Numbered from the stretch's first letter, positions 25,697 to 37,136 are shown. The stretch is 64,000 nt of DNA from Paraphysomonas bandaiensis (GCA_965644295.1 CBFFRP010000236.1:138209-202208); one strand, 5' to 3'. Numbers and translations are program-made. The notes: generated by a model from the sequence alone, not told the origin.

Positions 25697-26374
25697 TCAA
25701 CTGCATCCCCTGCGGAATTGGCTGTGCACATTAGGGAGCAGTACTGGAGACGACTTCACTTTAACAACAGGATACAGATCTTCAGTTGATGTATTAACGG
25801 TTGGATGCTTGATAGTTGTAAACACCTCCGTCTTACGCCTTCTATTCACACGGATTTTAGGGAGACTCTGGCTATCAGTATCACCATTCTCCTCACGAAT
25901 AGAATCCAATAGTTTTGAAGTTTTAACAAAATAAGAAGCACCACTACGATTTACCAGCCGTTGTACCACCCTTACTTCATCGGTAAGACCTTTTTTGTGC
26001 AACACTCTTAGATTAGTCCGTACTAAGCCATCTAATCGAGGCGTAAATATACGGTCCATAACACTGTGAATCGATGTAATAATATCGAAAACATATTGCA
26101 AAAAGTGAGTGAATACAACACAATCACCAGCATTATCATAATAACACTGTAATAAATTCTTTTCAATAAATTGACGAAATAAATCAATACGATCCCAAAA
26201 TAATTCACGTAATGTAGGATCGTTACAGTCTTTATACTCCATGTGTTCAACTATACGATCAGTCATGAGTTGCATTTGAAAGAGTGTTGATTGCATACGA
26301 TGTGAAAAATGGGAGATGATGTTCTGTTTTTTTAATTCATTGTTTGTTTTGAATTGTTTTTTATGATTTAACAT
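25697..26374 (-). CDS. Hypothetical 225-aa protein, intronless orphan, divergent from the NLR-like gene
   Basis: ATG-initiated ORF with helical-looking N-terminal half and basic tail (NRRRKT). No family recognised. Confidence 0.55.
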   Translation of the reverse strand: MLNHKKQFKTNNELKKQNIISHFSHRMQSTLFQMQLMTDRIVEHMEYKDCNDPTLRELFWDRIDLFRQFIEKNLLQCYYDNAGDCVVFTHFLQYVFDIITSIHSVMDRIFTPRLDGLVRTNLRVLHKKGLTDEVRVVQRLVNRSGASYFVKTSKLLDSIREENGDTDSQSLPKIRVNRRRKTEVFTTIKHPTVNTSTEDLYPVVKVKSSPVLLPNVHSQFRRGCS

Positions 26375-26437
26375 GTATGTGTATATATATATGTGTGTGT
26401 GTCTGTCTGTGTATGTGTGTATGTGCGTGTGTCTGTC

Positions 26438-26468
<31 letters not shown>

Positions 26469-27230
26469 GTGTGGTAGTTTAAGTGTTAATCTCTGATTCC
26501 ATTGAAGAGAATGTATTGAATTGATATACAGTTACTTGATGAGTAGATGGTGTTGGATTGTATATATGTGGAATTGAAGATGAGAGTGTTGAATGTTGTT
26601 GTTACATGGAGATGACATGATGCTATATAAACTATATGTATATACGTACACGTACATGTCTATGTATGCATGCATGTACAGTTTATCTCCTATATATATA
26701 CATACTCCATACGGTACTGCTGTATGTGCTGCGACTTTAGGTACGTAGGTACATACGTACACATATACATACACATACACACACACATACACAGTACGTA
26801 CATGTGCGTACTACTGTACTTCCCCTCTCAATATGTACAGAGTATGTACACATATCACTATATTTGTACAATTGTATTAAAAACTGTATGTGTGTATGTT
26901 TTATAGTGTAAAATATACAGAATTTTCTGTTTGTAGGTGAAAATAGATGTAAAAAAACACACACTCTCTACTTGTTTTTATGTATAGAAGCACTGTAAAA
27001 ATCAGTACTTTCTTAGAAAATTTCTAATTTCTAGAGGGGAATAGATAGAAATAGGGGATATCTATACATACACAGAGTGCTGTATTTGTATATGGGGATA
27101 TGGAGATTCAATGAAACGCTCGGTGGAATTCTTAACAGTTAGGCAGTTATGCATATATATATTGCCATCCAGTGACTAAACCACATCATATATCAGTAGA
27201 TTGTGGACACTGATCAATTAGTTGATTGTA

Positions 27231-30200
27231 ATGGATGGAAGAAGAGCTGTACATGCAGCTCATATTGACAGAGAATTGCAACTACAATCTTGCAATGGTA
27301 TCATAGATAAACTAAACAGTTACATTGAGACTGATATACAAAATGCAATTGATATATGCACGTATAATATTGAATCTGAACAACAAGATCAGATTTATTC
27401 CTCTCATTATGAAAATACAGAAAATGATGATGATTTGATGCATCAAGACAATGACAATCAGATGCTACAGTATCCGCTGCAGTTATGCAGAGAAGATATA
27501 AAACCTAAATCACAACAGCTGATATCTTTACCACCTTGGATGGTGGGGACTATGAAAACAGATCTTTACGAGCAAATAGGGGTGAATTACACCTGGTCGC
27601 AACTGCGGCTTTTGTTGTTGAAAGGAAAGATAGTGTTCGAGGAGAAGATATCAGAGATCCGTCGAAATCCTGAGAGTATGCCCGGCGAGGTAGTGGACCT
27701 CTACGTGGCTGACCCAGATAGTTTTGCTAATGCTGTTTTCTCAATATTTTTATATACTTGTAACTTTTGCGACTGTAGATGTTCTAATCTACAGATGTGC
27801 ATCAATCACGCGTTGGAAGAACGGAAATTTCTTTCGTCCTACACTGGTGTATTTCAAAGTGCTATTCATCCAAAGGAAACCACCCTTCCTCCCAACCAAG
27901 TTGCACTAGGATACCACTGCTCATTGTGGGCTCTTACAAATTGGGCACTTCGAGTTAGTCGTGGTAGTGCAGTTGTGGCGGAATCGGACAGACGCATGGC
28001 CTCCCTATGTGTAGAAGTCCTAGAACCATTCCAAGTCGTCCTCTATTATGCGCTCAGCAATTTACGACCTACTTACAATACTATATTTCGAGGAATTCGC
28101 GGGCGAGTTGAGTATCCCTATGCTCGGGGAGATGCCATCACTTGGCCTTCCTTCTCGTCTACATCCACAGCAGGGTCTGTTGCGCGGTCATTTATGGGAG
28201 ACAGTGAAGGAACATTTTTTGTAATAAGTACCTGTAATGGATCCACCATTGACTGGTTTTCATGGTTTAAGCTTGAAAAGGAGGTTTTATTGCGCATGAA
28301 TAGCAACTTCGAAGTAAAAGGCCGAATGTCGAACACGTTACTTTCCATGTTGGGTTCGCAAGCGGAGATCATTTCCATGTCTGAGCTGGGGAAAACTGTT
28401 CCTACACCATATCAGGAAGCGGAAAATGCTATTACACTACTTCTAAAGACTGTCTTTTTGTACTCTGATTTCTTGGAAAAATATGTTGTGGGTTATGTGT
28501 CAGCTGCTCCGAATATGAGGACGGGGGGTGTCAGACTTGATGAGGCGCTGGCAATCTTTCTTGAGAGTATAACCTCTAGGGAGGGAAACCCTGATGATTT
28601 ATGTCCATCTATGGTTATACTTGGGAGTGCTGGTGCAGGGAAAACATCAAGTGTACTCTACATTCTTTCAAGCATTGTTCAGACGCTCAGCACTACTTTG
28701 AACTACATGCATGACACCAATTCTTCCCCAGTGGTACCTGTTTTCGTTCCTCTACCTGGAACAAAATTTTGCGATCATGGTGGGGTCGATGCCTTCATAC
28801 TTCAGGAAATGCATGTTTCAAGTGAAGGGTTTAGTGCTCTATGTGCAGCACCAAGGCGAGTTGTTTTATTGCTGGACTCGTTGGATGAAGTGGATTTTAA
28901 AGGATCTAAGTCCGTATCGGAAGTTGTAATGTCTCTACTGCAACGCAATCCAATGGTTAGTGCTAATGTAGCAGGCATCATTCTGTCTTCGAGAGGCGAA
29001 TTTTATGCTGATAACAACTTTAACCCGCAGCATACATTTGGTAGATCAGCGAGTAGTGTACGAGCGACGAAAGTGTACCATGTGCAACCCTTTGTTGATG
29101 ATGACATGGATCTGTTTTTGCAGCGAAGCACGTCCTCTTCGAAGAATAAAACCATGAACCACAGTGAGATGGTACAGCATATCAAAAGCAGGGGTTTATG
29201 GGAGCATGTCAGGAATCCTTTTCTTCTTCATATGCTTGTCTCGACTTTGTTAATGGATCCAGACGAACTTGTGTGTGCTGGTGAAGGACGAACTGGTTAT
29301 GGCCTTTTTGAACTGTATGAGTCCTACTTTAAAAGCCTCTATCGCGTCACAGCTGAGAGGAATACCAGTGCTCATGATGCTGAGACATTTATATCGCAAG
29401 CTGAGGTGATTGCTTTTGCTCTACATTGTGATGGAGTATCTCAGGGTCTAGTATCAACATACGGTAGTCTTGTTCCCTCGCTTTTGCATTTGCCATTGCG
29501 CTTGGAGGTAGCGTACGTGCCAGTATCTGCATCAGCTAACGAGAACCCATCTACATTATCCTTTCGACATAAATCGCTCCAAGAATTTTTGGTTGCGAGG
29601 TGTATATACAATGATTTGGTGTCGAATTCTGAATTTAATTCTGATCGACTGATTGAGCGATGCGGATATCTGAGCTCGCACCCGAACGTGATCAGACACT
29701 TCAGCGATCGCCTTTGTCGAGATGAAACTAATCGTACTGTGGTTTGCGAGCACCTATCTGCCGTATTGAGATACTCCAGCGACTATCCAATTTCTGTGTC
29801 GAACGCTCTGACATTACTCTCGCATAGTCAAGTCGTGATCTCAAATTTTGTGAAAGATTTATCTGGGGTCAACATTTACAATGCGAATTTGAATGGAGGA
29901 ATATTCACCGGAGTGGACTTAACTGATGCAACATGGACAGATTGCTCGGTGAAAGGAATTGATCTGTCACATTCTGTTGTGTGGAATCTCTCTACTCTTG
30001 GCTGCAAAACATATTTGCAGCCATCAATGCACTGTAAATTTCCTGTAGCATCTATTGCATGCTCTTATGATGGAAAATATATTGCGTTATGTGGAGATAA
30101 TAAACTAGTTTTAATCGACGCGGAATCCTCTGATTATGCTGAATTACTCTCAGTGGAGTTCACAGGTGATATGAATAGGCCGACAAGGGAAGTCTCTTTC

Positions 30201-32642
30201 TCAGATGACAGCCGATTCCTGGGTGTTGTGTTTTCGAAAAATTCGCTAAATCACTTCCACGGTTCGGAACACATGAGCTATGCTGTATTTGGTTCTGTTG
30301 AATCTTGGCTGCATAACCACTCGGAGCTGCGACATCATTATCCCAGTTCTGAAGCGGAAGCTTTTGTTAATATTAAATTTTCTTATCATGCGACCTACAC
30401 CCTTCTCTGTGGTTCTCATTATTTTACAATGCTGAGTTCTTCAACAAATGAGGCTTTAGTAAAGTCAGATGTAGAGAACGAGCACGATAGGTACCAGTGT
30501 GGCGAATTTACCCCCGACGAAAGTTACTTACTCTTGTTTTGGGGAAGGTTCGAAATCACTCTCTACGCTCTGTCTGATGATAAAAGCATGAGCTTAACGC
30601 CTCTATGGATAAAAAATACGTATAACCTGTTTGAAGTGAATGGCTGGGGGGATGTGCGCGATATATCTTGTATGAAAACTACTGTAGATGGGGAGTACCT
30701 GTATTTCAGTGGGAGTTGCATTGTGGGAACAACGTGGAGACGTCTACTAAACCTTTCTTCCGATAACCCGAAAGGGGGCTACGATTCTGATCGCTACCAA
30801 ATTGAAAAAGAACTTGGGAGTCAGATTAGGAAAAAACAATCACAGGGTTTGTGTTTCACATTGCCGAAGTGTGGTAAATACTTGTTGAAGTACTTTGAAG
30901 ATGCCGCTGTTGTATTCGATATGGACAGCACTGCCCGAGTGTCTTCCATTGCTAAGTCAGGATGTAAAGACGCTGTTGTCAGTTACTCTCATGATCATAT
31001 CTTGTTAACTGAGAAAGAATATGTCAATGTATACGACTTTGACGTAGGGGCTCAAGAGTTGATGTATCGCAGTGGTCACATGAACGTCGTACGTAAGATG
31101 CACCCTCTGCCCGGGGGCAAGTATATAATTAGCTCTGGGGCGGACAGCAGGAACTTCATACACAGCACCATTTCAAATGCATCTGTTTTATTTCCAGATA
31201 TACACGAGAAGATATACGACTATAAATTCTCACAGTGTGGACGTCTTATGATGATCCTTGCTGCGGATTCTGGGTCACCCTCAGATGTAGTGATGGCTGT
31301 GCGACTGGACCCAGAAGCACCTCAGAATAGTAAAGTGATATTTTCGCAACGAGGCTTTAATAAGTCATGTACTTCGTTCTCTCCATCTGGAACTTACGTC
31401 GCATTTTACTACTGCTCATACGACTGGGATTCGAATACGAAAGAGTGCACGGAAAGAGGTGCTCATATATACCGCGGTGTTCATATCGTTCCCGTTGAGG
31501 AAGTGCTTCATATGGAAGAGGAGAAATTACATAGTGTTAGTAACGAAGGCTGGCGACCGGAATGGAGTAGCAACGCTATTGTCTATGAGGACTTTGGTCT
31601 CGGATATGTGTGTAGTATAGCATGGGCACCTACACGATCACACGATGTCACTGTGGCAGTAATTAATGTGGATGAATGTATATGCAGTGTTTACTCCCTG
31701 GCAGTAGCAGACAGCGCCAAGAAGGTTCAACTTTTCCAAATTGAAAACGCGAAAGTACATGATATGACAAAAGCGAGAGAAATAATGACATATTCTGAGT
31801 GTGGAAGTTATTTATACTTCTACAATTATGGCTGTTTTATGCTAACTATGTACGATGTATCGAACCCGCAGAATGTTCAGGTGTTAAATTCCTTGGAGGA
31901 TATCGCTGACTGCTACTTTTCGCCTCTTAGGCACCATTTTGCAGCCGTGTGCAAAGTCGAAAACTCGCTTAGTGTATATTCTGCCACAGATTTTAGAAAA
32001 CTGAAGATTGTCGGGAGCAATGGAATCGAGCAATGTATGCATGTTAGTCTCTCTGAATCCAGTTACAATGAATCTTGGAAACGTACAAATACTGATAACT
32101 TAGGGATGAGTTGGTCTCAAGACAATAAACTGCTGGCATTCGCCAGCAATTCCAGTGGCATTGATGTTGTTTTGCTGAATTTGTCACATAGCAGCTCCGA
32201 ATCCGCTGATATTATTGGTACTATGAGAGGTTCATGCCAAGCCCGATGTATAACGTTTAGCGAAGATGTGCGATATTGTTTTGTTGGATATGAAAATGGG
32301 TCAATACGACAGTTTTCTATCATGAGTAGTGATATGAATGTCCTAGCTTGTGTTTTTCAATATGGCCCCGAAACTCCAACCTTTAGCACCTTGGGTGCTA
32401 CAGGTGTGGACTCTATTCGAGACAACGAAACATTTCGCAGAGTGTCCGAAGAATTTGTAAACTTCGGTAATCGTGGAACGAAAACTCTTTTAGGTGGAAA
32501 TTGCGTGCCATTTGGGGCCGTAGATATTGAGAAGCATATTTCGCAATCACAGAATATTTCTCCTCAAGAAACTAATTGCGTCGTACACAATCAGTCAAAG
32601 AAAAAAAAGAAAAAACGCATTAAACCGCAGCCCTACTATTGA
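27231..32642 (+). CDS. NLR-like protein: ADP-ribosyltransferase (ARTC, R-S-E) + NACHT + pentapeptide repeats + WD40, intronless
   Basis: ART motifs TIFRG (~28080), FSSTS (~28152), EKEVLL (~28275). Walker A GSAGAGKTS (~28623), Walker B VVLLLDSLDE, NPFLL, winged-helix FRHKSLQEFLVA. Pentapeptides DLSGV/NIYNA/NLNGG/IFTGV/DLTDA. WD40-like repeats ~30040-32330. Confidence 0.9.
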   Translation: MDGRRAVHAAHIDRELQLQSCNGIIDKLNSYIETDIQNAIDICTYNIESEQQDQIYSSHYENTENDDDLMHQDNDNQMLQYPLQLCREDIKPKSQQLISLPPWMVGTMKTDLYEQIGVNYTWSQLRLLLLKGKIVFEEKISEIRRNPESMPGEVVDLYVADPDSFANAVFSIFLYTCNFCDCRCSNLQMCINHALEERKFLSSYTGVFQSAIHPKETTLPPNQVALGYHCSLWALTNWALRVSRGSAVVAESDRRMASLCVEVLEPFQVVLYYALSNLRPTYNTIFRGIRGRVEYPYARGDAITWPSFSSTSTAGSVARSFMGDSEGTFFVISTCNGSTIDWFSWFKLEKEVLLRMNSNFEVKGRMSNTLLSMLGSQAEIISMSELGKTVPTPYQEAENAITLLLKTVFLYSDFLEKYVVGYVSAAPNMRTGGVRLDEALAIFLESITSREGNPDDLCPSMVILGSAGAGKTSSVLYILSSIVQTLSTTLNYMHDTNSSPVVPVFVPLPGTKFCDHGGVDAFILQEMHVSSEGFSALCAAPRRVVLLLDSLDEVDFKGSKSVSEVVMSLLQRNPMVSANVAGIILSSRGEFYADNNFNPQHTFGRSASSVRATKVYHVQPFVDDDMDLFLQRSTSSSKNKTMNHSEMVQHIKSRGLWEHVRNPFLLHMLVSTLLMDPDELVCAGEGRTGYGLFELYESYFKSLYRVTAERNTSAHDAETFISQAEVIAFALHCDGVSQGLVSTYGSLVPSLLHLPLRLEVAYVPVSASANENPSTLSFRHKSLQEFLVARCIYNDLVSNSEFNSDRLIERCGYLSSHPNVIRHFSDRLCRDETNRTVVCEHLSAVLRYSSDYPISVSNALTLLSHSQVVISNFVKDLSGVNIYNANLNGGIFTGVDLTDATWTDCSVKGIDLSHSVVWNLSTLGCKTYLQPSMHCKFPVASIACSYDGKYIALCGDNKLVLIDAESSDYAELLSVEFTGDMNRPTREVSFSDDSRFLGVVFSKNSLNHFHGSEHMSYAVFGSVESWLHNHSELRHHYPSSEAEAFVNIKFSYHATYTLLCGSHYFTMLSSSTNEALVKSDVENEHDRYQCGEFTPDESYLLLFWGRFEITLYALSDDKSMSLTPLWIKNTYNLFEVNGWGDVRDISCMKTTVDGEYLYFSGSCIVGTTWRRLLNLSSDNPKGGYDSDRYQIEKELGSQIRKKQSQGLCFTLPKCGKYLLKYFEDAAVVFDMDSTARVSSIAKSGCKDAVVSYSHDHILLTEKEYVNVYDFDVGAQELMYRSGHMNVVRKMHPLPGGKYIISSGADSRNFIHSTISNASVLFPDIHEKIYDYKFSQCGRLMMILAADSGSPSDVVMAVRLDPEAPQNSKVIFSQRGFNKSCTSFSPSGTYVAFYYCSYDWDSNTKECTERGAHIYRGVHIVPVEEVLHMEEEKLHSVSNEGWRPEWSSNAIVYEDFGLGYVCSIAWAPTRSHDVTVAVINVDECICSVYSLAVADSAKKVQLFQIENAKVHDMTKAREIMTYSECGSYLYFYNYGCFMLTMYDVSNPQNVQVLNSLEDIADCYFSPLRHHFAAVCKVENSLSVYSATDFRKLKIVGSNGIEQCMHVSLSESSYNESWKRTNTDNLGMSWSQDNKLLAFASNSSGIDVVLLNLSHSSSESADIIGTMRGSCQARCITFSEDVRYCFVGYENGSIRQFSIMSSDMNVLACVFQYGPETPTFSTLGATGVDSIRDNETFRRVSEEFVNFGNRGTKTLLGGNCVPFGAVDIEKHISQSQNISPQETNCVVHNQSKKKKKKRIKPQPYY

Positions 32643-33090
32643 TCAGCAAGTATTTTCTTTATAAATTATCGTGGAGTGCATACTGGTATAGGTCGAACAA
32701 GATATCTACAGCATGCAGTCAATCGTCAGCACAACTCGCCATAAAGCCCGCGAGTGCAATATATATGGCTGATAAAATTTTAGCGCTTTATTATGTGACC
32801 CTTACTTTAATTATTGCTGCAAGTAGTATTTACAATTAATACATATGTATCCTGTTTTGATAGTTGATGCATTGAAGGTGGTGTCTCATTGATTAATAAG
32901 ACCAAGATTACACTGACCCTGCAGTCCACTAGGATTTCATTCAAATCTATAAACTTTCTTGCGGCGCATTAGTATACATTACTCTTAAATCAACTCCACC
33001 ACACTAGACATTCCAATACCCAATACAACATATATAACCTGTAAACAACTTAAACTGCAATACGTCAGAAACATAGAAATGTACGAAAAC

Positions 33091-33598
33091 GCGGATTTTT
33101 CGCTTACTGGGTGTAAGTACAAAGAGGAGACCTAACTGACTCCATACGTCTACCACTTTCACAATCCCCGCACAAGTGGAAACGCTACAGTGCAGCCTCC
33201 GCCAGCTAGTTTTCTGTCCCAGGCCCAACTCGTGGGCCGCGCTATCTCCAGACACGACGGCGCCACAATCTACCCCCTCGCCCATATGTCGTTTAGGCTG
33301 GATTCACTCGACTCACTAATTCAGATTCCTGTTCCTCCACAAAGTCCTATAAAGCCCAAGGGATGCCCCCTGACTAACCCCATCTGCTTTTTTAGAACTC
33401 GCGTCCATAGAGGTCTTTTCGCTCACAGTCGCACCTTGGTGCTTGTGGCGATGCCCAAGCAGCTTTCGTAGAGTGACAGAGTATGATACATGAGAAATTG
33501 TACGATTGGTTACAGGTAGAAGTCTATCTAGATTGACTAGTTTTCATCCAGCTACTTCACTTGTGCTGATTCTCGACGCCTATTTTGCTAATAACAAG
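33091..33598 (+). mobile_element. Dispersed repeat family C, likely 3' end of a non-LTR retrotransposon
   Basis: Collinear with 55808-56334 and 57274-57456; all copies end near taata(a)(c)aaga. Confidence 0.6.
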
Positions 33599-35275
33599 AA
33601 GTCGAGGTAATACCAAAACCTGGTAAAGCAATTTCACCAGGTTTCATATATATAAGTATTGAGTTATTATTTTACTGTAATTTGTATCTGAGAGGTTAAA
33701 GATAAAGTAAAGTCGGATGTCTTAGACTCTCATAGACAACTGCAATACGTCTAAAATGGTTAATACTTTAATATATTTGGAACGCCAGAACGCTGAATTC
33801 ATGAAATGAGAATGAGTTCATGCATTCGCTAATAATACCAATTTCCTCTATATATATCATTACAAAGATTTAATTATTTATTTCTACTCAAAACTCTCAA
33901 AAGTTAACACTATCCTAATGTTATATGTGTGACGATTTTGATATGCGTCATTTGACTGGAAAATGTGTAGGTAGAATAATGGAAGATGCTATTCTTGTAG
34001 TTTAGACCCCATATATGGTTAAGGAGAAGGTTAGATTGAGAATTATACGGTGGTGTACCTGTGTATACGTCTACAGCTCGTGTGGTACACGTGCATAAGT
34101 ACGAATCTCCAGCAGTAAGCATGGTTCGTATATGTAAGTAGAAATTTCTAGGGGGGATTGTAGTGCATGTATGGAAATTTGATAAGCTTGACATGGATGC
34201 TAAGGAGTGTAGAGCCAGCTTGCAAGTGCAAGATTGCTATATTATGTTAAGTCACTTCTTTTCGTAGGTATGAAGTCATAATTAGTATATTAAGAAGAGA
34301 AGAAACAGGGACTAGTGGTCTAGATGAACGGTACCCGCTAGCTCCCTCCATTAGTTAGATGCTGTATATGCGTATTAGGGATAACTCGCGAGTATGTATT
34401 TACGGCATATGGACATGATATGTTAGAAAGTAGCCAGAGAAGGATGGTCCCTACAACCCCGGTTACACCAGAGCAGTAGTTTGTTTTATTAGTCAATACA
34501 ATAGCATATAATAAGTATCTTTAAATGCCGAGGAGTAATATTTTTGCGCAAAAACCAGTTATAAAAATATTATTAATAACAAACATTGACTGCAGTCATC
34601 GTCAGCGATTTTGACACATCGTTGTTCGTATTCAAGCGATTTTTCGCCATTGAAAAAATAATAAGTACTGCTTCTGCATATTATGTCACACGTTATCAAT
34701 TATAGCCAGGAGAATCGTATAATCCGTCTCTCAGATTAAGAATGAACACACGTCTGAAAGTCACACAGTAAGTTTGAAACCTAAACTTCCCACATGTACC
34801 GCTTATACGCACGCCAATTACATCATGTCAGTATCAAATTGATGGTATTAAAACTGATTCAATTAATTGCTACATTGATACGCAGCCCTGGTATACACAT
34901 ACAGGTATAACCATTCATTAAATGCCAAATTTAATACGTAGTTTCGGTAATATTATGCAGATAATTCGTATAATAGAAGTGATTTATATTAGACGTTTCA
35001 AGATCCAATTCATTATTGACAACTTGCATTCTGTATGGACGCAAAGCTGTGGTAGAAAAAGAGCTATTATCTTGGTATTCGCATGATATATACATAGCTT
35101 CGACGTGGTGACAGACTAAGACTTTGAATTAAGCAGGAATACTTCTGTACTAAGTGTGAGAGAGAAAATTCAAAGCAGTGTTGGTATTGAAGTTGCAAGT
35201 TATTCACATATAACTCTGCCACGTTTTACGAATCACATTCCAGTGAGACTATATCCACGACAAACAACAACCAGC

Positions 35276-36736
35276 CTACCATTCCACACATGCAATCGGT
35301 TTTTGTCGCATCGTTGCGTCAACAATACAGTAATTACAAGTCGTACACTCCGACATACTAGAACCAGAATCAACTCCAGCATTTAACTCATCATCCCTAC
35401 TTTTCCACCCTTCGTTTGTACTATAACCTCGGGATAGCTTTGACGTACTCACACCTTCCCACTTCTTGACTATGCCTGGATCTCTTAATATTGCCCGGCC
35501 TGATTGCACGAGATCAAATCCATCAACTTCCATCGCATCACGAAGAGCATTGTAACTATGCACCCCACCCATTATGCACACTCTAACGTTGTGTTCCATC
35601 TTCTTTCCCTTAGTTGAGTTCCATCTTCGCAGAGTATGTAACACACACAACGCGGAGGACCGAAAATATAGCTCTTTAAAAGGAATGTACGGAATGACAA
35701 AAGAGCCGAAGAGCATAAGTGCAATACTCTTCATTCTATCTGTTGTGGCAGATATCATTCGGGCGAGGGGTACGCCACCCCGTAACATAAAGAGCCCATT
35801 CTCTAAGATTAATCCACCACTTAATGCAATAATATCAACACCACAAGCAGCAAACGACTCAGCAATAGAGCAGGCTTCCTCGACTGTCAAACCATCCGCA
35901 GTTCCATCTACTAAGTTCAGCTTTACCATGAGTACAGCGCGTCCGTTAAGTGCATGCTTCACCAACCGCAATACTTCAGAGGGAAAGGCAACTCTGTGAG
36001 CTAGAGATATTCCTGGGTTGAGTCTAGGAGATAGGAACTGACTGAGAAGGTACCCATGACCACAATGTATCTCCACACAATCAAACCCGGCTTCAACAGC
36101 AACTCGAGAGGCAGACACAAAATCTGTCGCCAGTTTACTCTTATCTGTAGCAGTCATTTTACGACAAAAATTGAATTGAGCTGGGTTAAAGAGACGCTGA
36201 GCAGACATTTGTTCGTGAGTGGAGTCTTCTGAGAGAGTGCGATCCGAAAAATAACCAGCGTGGGTAAGTTGAATGCATGCAAGTGAGTCATTGGAATGAA
36301 TTGCATCCACCACTTGCTTCATCATTCTCTTGGATTTCTCCCTACATATCAGCTGCGCTGGAAATGAGCGGCCAGCTGGAGATACAGCAGCATAAGCGAC
36401 GATACACATACCAGCACCACCCTCAGCCATTCGTGCATGGAAAGATACGAGTTCTTCACAGGGAACACCATCTCTATCACACATTGCCTCATATGTTGCA
36501 GCTTTGATCACTCTATTGCGAAACTCAGTGTTTCTAATCTTAAGTCTTGAAAATGGCTTTATTGATTGTTGTGGTATGTCATATTCTGCTTGTAACTTCT
36601 TCAGTAATGCCTCAGATGTCTTTTGTACAGTTGTATCGTATATAGAAGCCGTGTAATCCGCATATCTTGCACCCACCCAATGTAAAAGATACAACAAGAG
36701 GGGTAAACCCAAACATATTGCAATAAATGCAAGCAT
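35276..36736 (-). CDS. NADH:flavin oxidoreductase / Old Yellow Enzyme family with N-terminal membrane anchor, intronless
   Basis: FRNRVIKAATYE, GGAGMCI, QLTHAG, AGFDCVEIHCGHGYLLSQFLSP, GRAILRDP, C-terminal CTTCNYC. Confidence 0.9.
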   Translation of the reverse strand: MLAFIAICLGLPLLLYLLHWVGARYADYTASIYDTTVQKTSEALLKKLQAEYDIPQQSIKPFSRLKIRNTEFRNRVIKAATYEAMCDRDGVPCEELVSFHARMAEGGAGMCIVAYAAVSPAGRSFPAQLICREKSKRMMKQVVDAIHSNDSLACIQLTHAGYFSDRTLSEDSTHEQMSAQRLFNPAQFNFCRKMTATDKSKLATDFVSASRVAVEAGFDCVEIHCGHGYLLSQFLSPRLNPGISLAHRVAFPSEVLRLVKHALNGRAVLMVKLNLVDGTADGLTVEEACSIAESFAACGVDIIALSGGLILENGLFMLRGGVPLARMISATTDRMKSIALMLFGSFVIPYIPFKELYFRSSALCVLHTLRRWNSTKGKKMEHNVRVCIMGGVHSYNALRDAMEVDGFDLVQSGRAILRDPGIVKKWEGVSTSKLSRGYSTNEGWKSRDDELNAGVDSGSSMSECTTCNYCIVDATMRQKPIACVEW

Positions 36737-36916
36737 ATGAAATTGGGAATGGATGTAAAGTATAGTTGCAGGTTATGATGAGATGATGCTGTGGCATCGT
36801 ACATAGTGTCGACAGCATCTTAGGCCACTAATTATAGTGGAGACAAAAGACAAAACGACAAAAGACATTTTTTTTCATCAGAATTGTTTTTGTCGGGTGC
36901 AAACGAAGCCGTAATT

Positions 36917-37136
36917 GGGTGACTACCTAAATTGCATAAATACATAAATGCATAAAAAGTCTGGGATTATAAAAATCTATTCAGACCCAGTTTCTGCATA
37001 TGTTTATGCATATAGGATAGTTTGTACGAGGGGTCCGGAGGGGTCTCCTAAAAAATCATAAATCTGCATAAATTCATGAGTTTATGCAGCCTATTTTTTA
37101 TGCATTTATGTGTTTGTGCAATTTAGGTAGTCACCC
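36917..37136. mobile_element. 220-bp MITE nested in the Harbinger left end
   Basis: ~42-bp TIRs (gggtgactacctaaattgcataaatacataaatgcataaaaa / reverse complement). ATT duplicated at 36914-36916 and 37137-37139. Confidence 0.9.
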
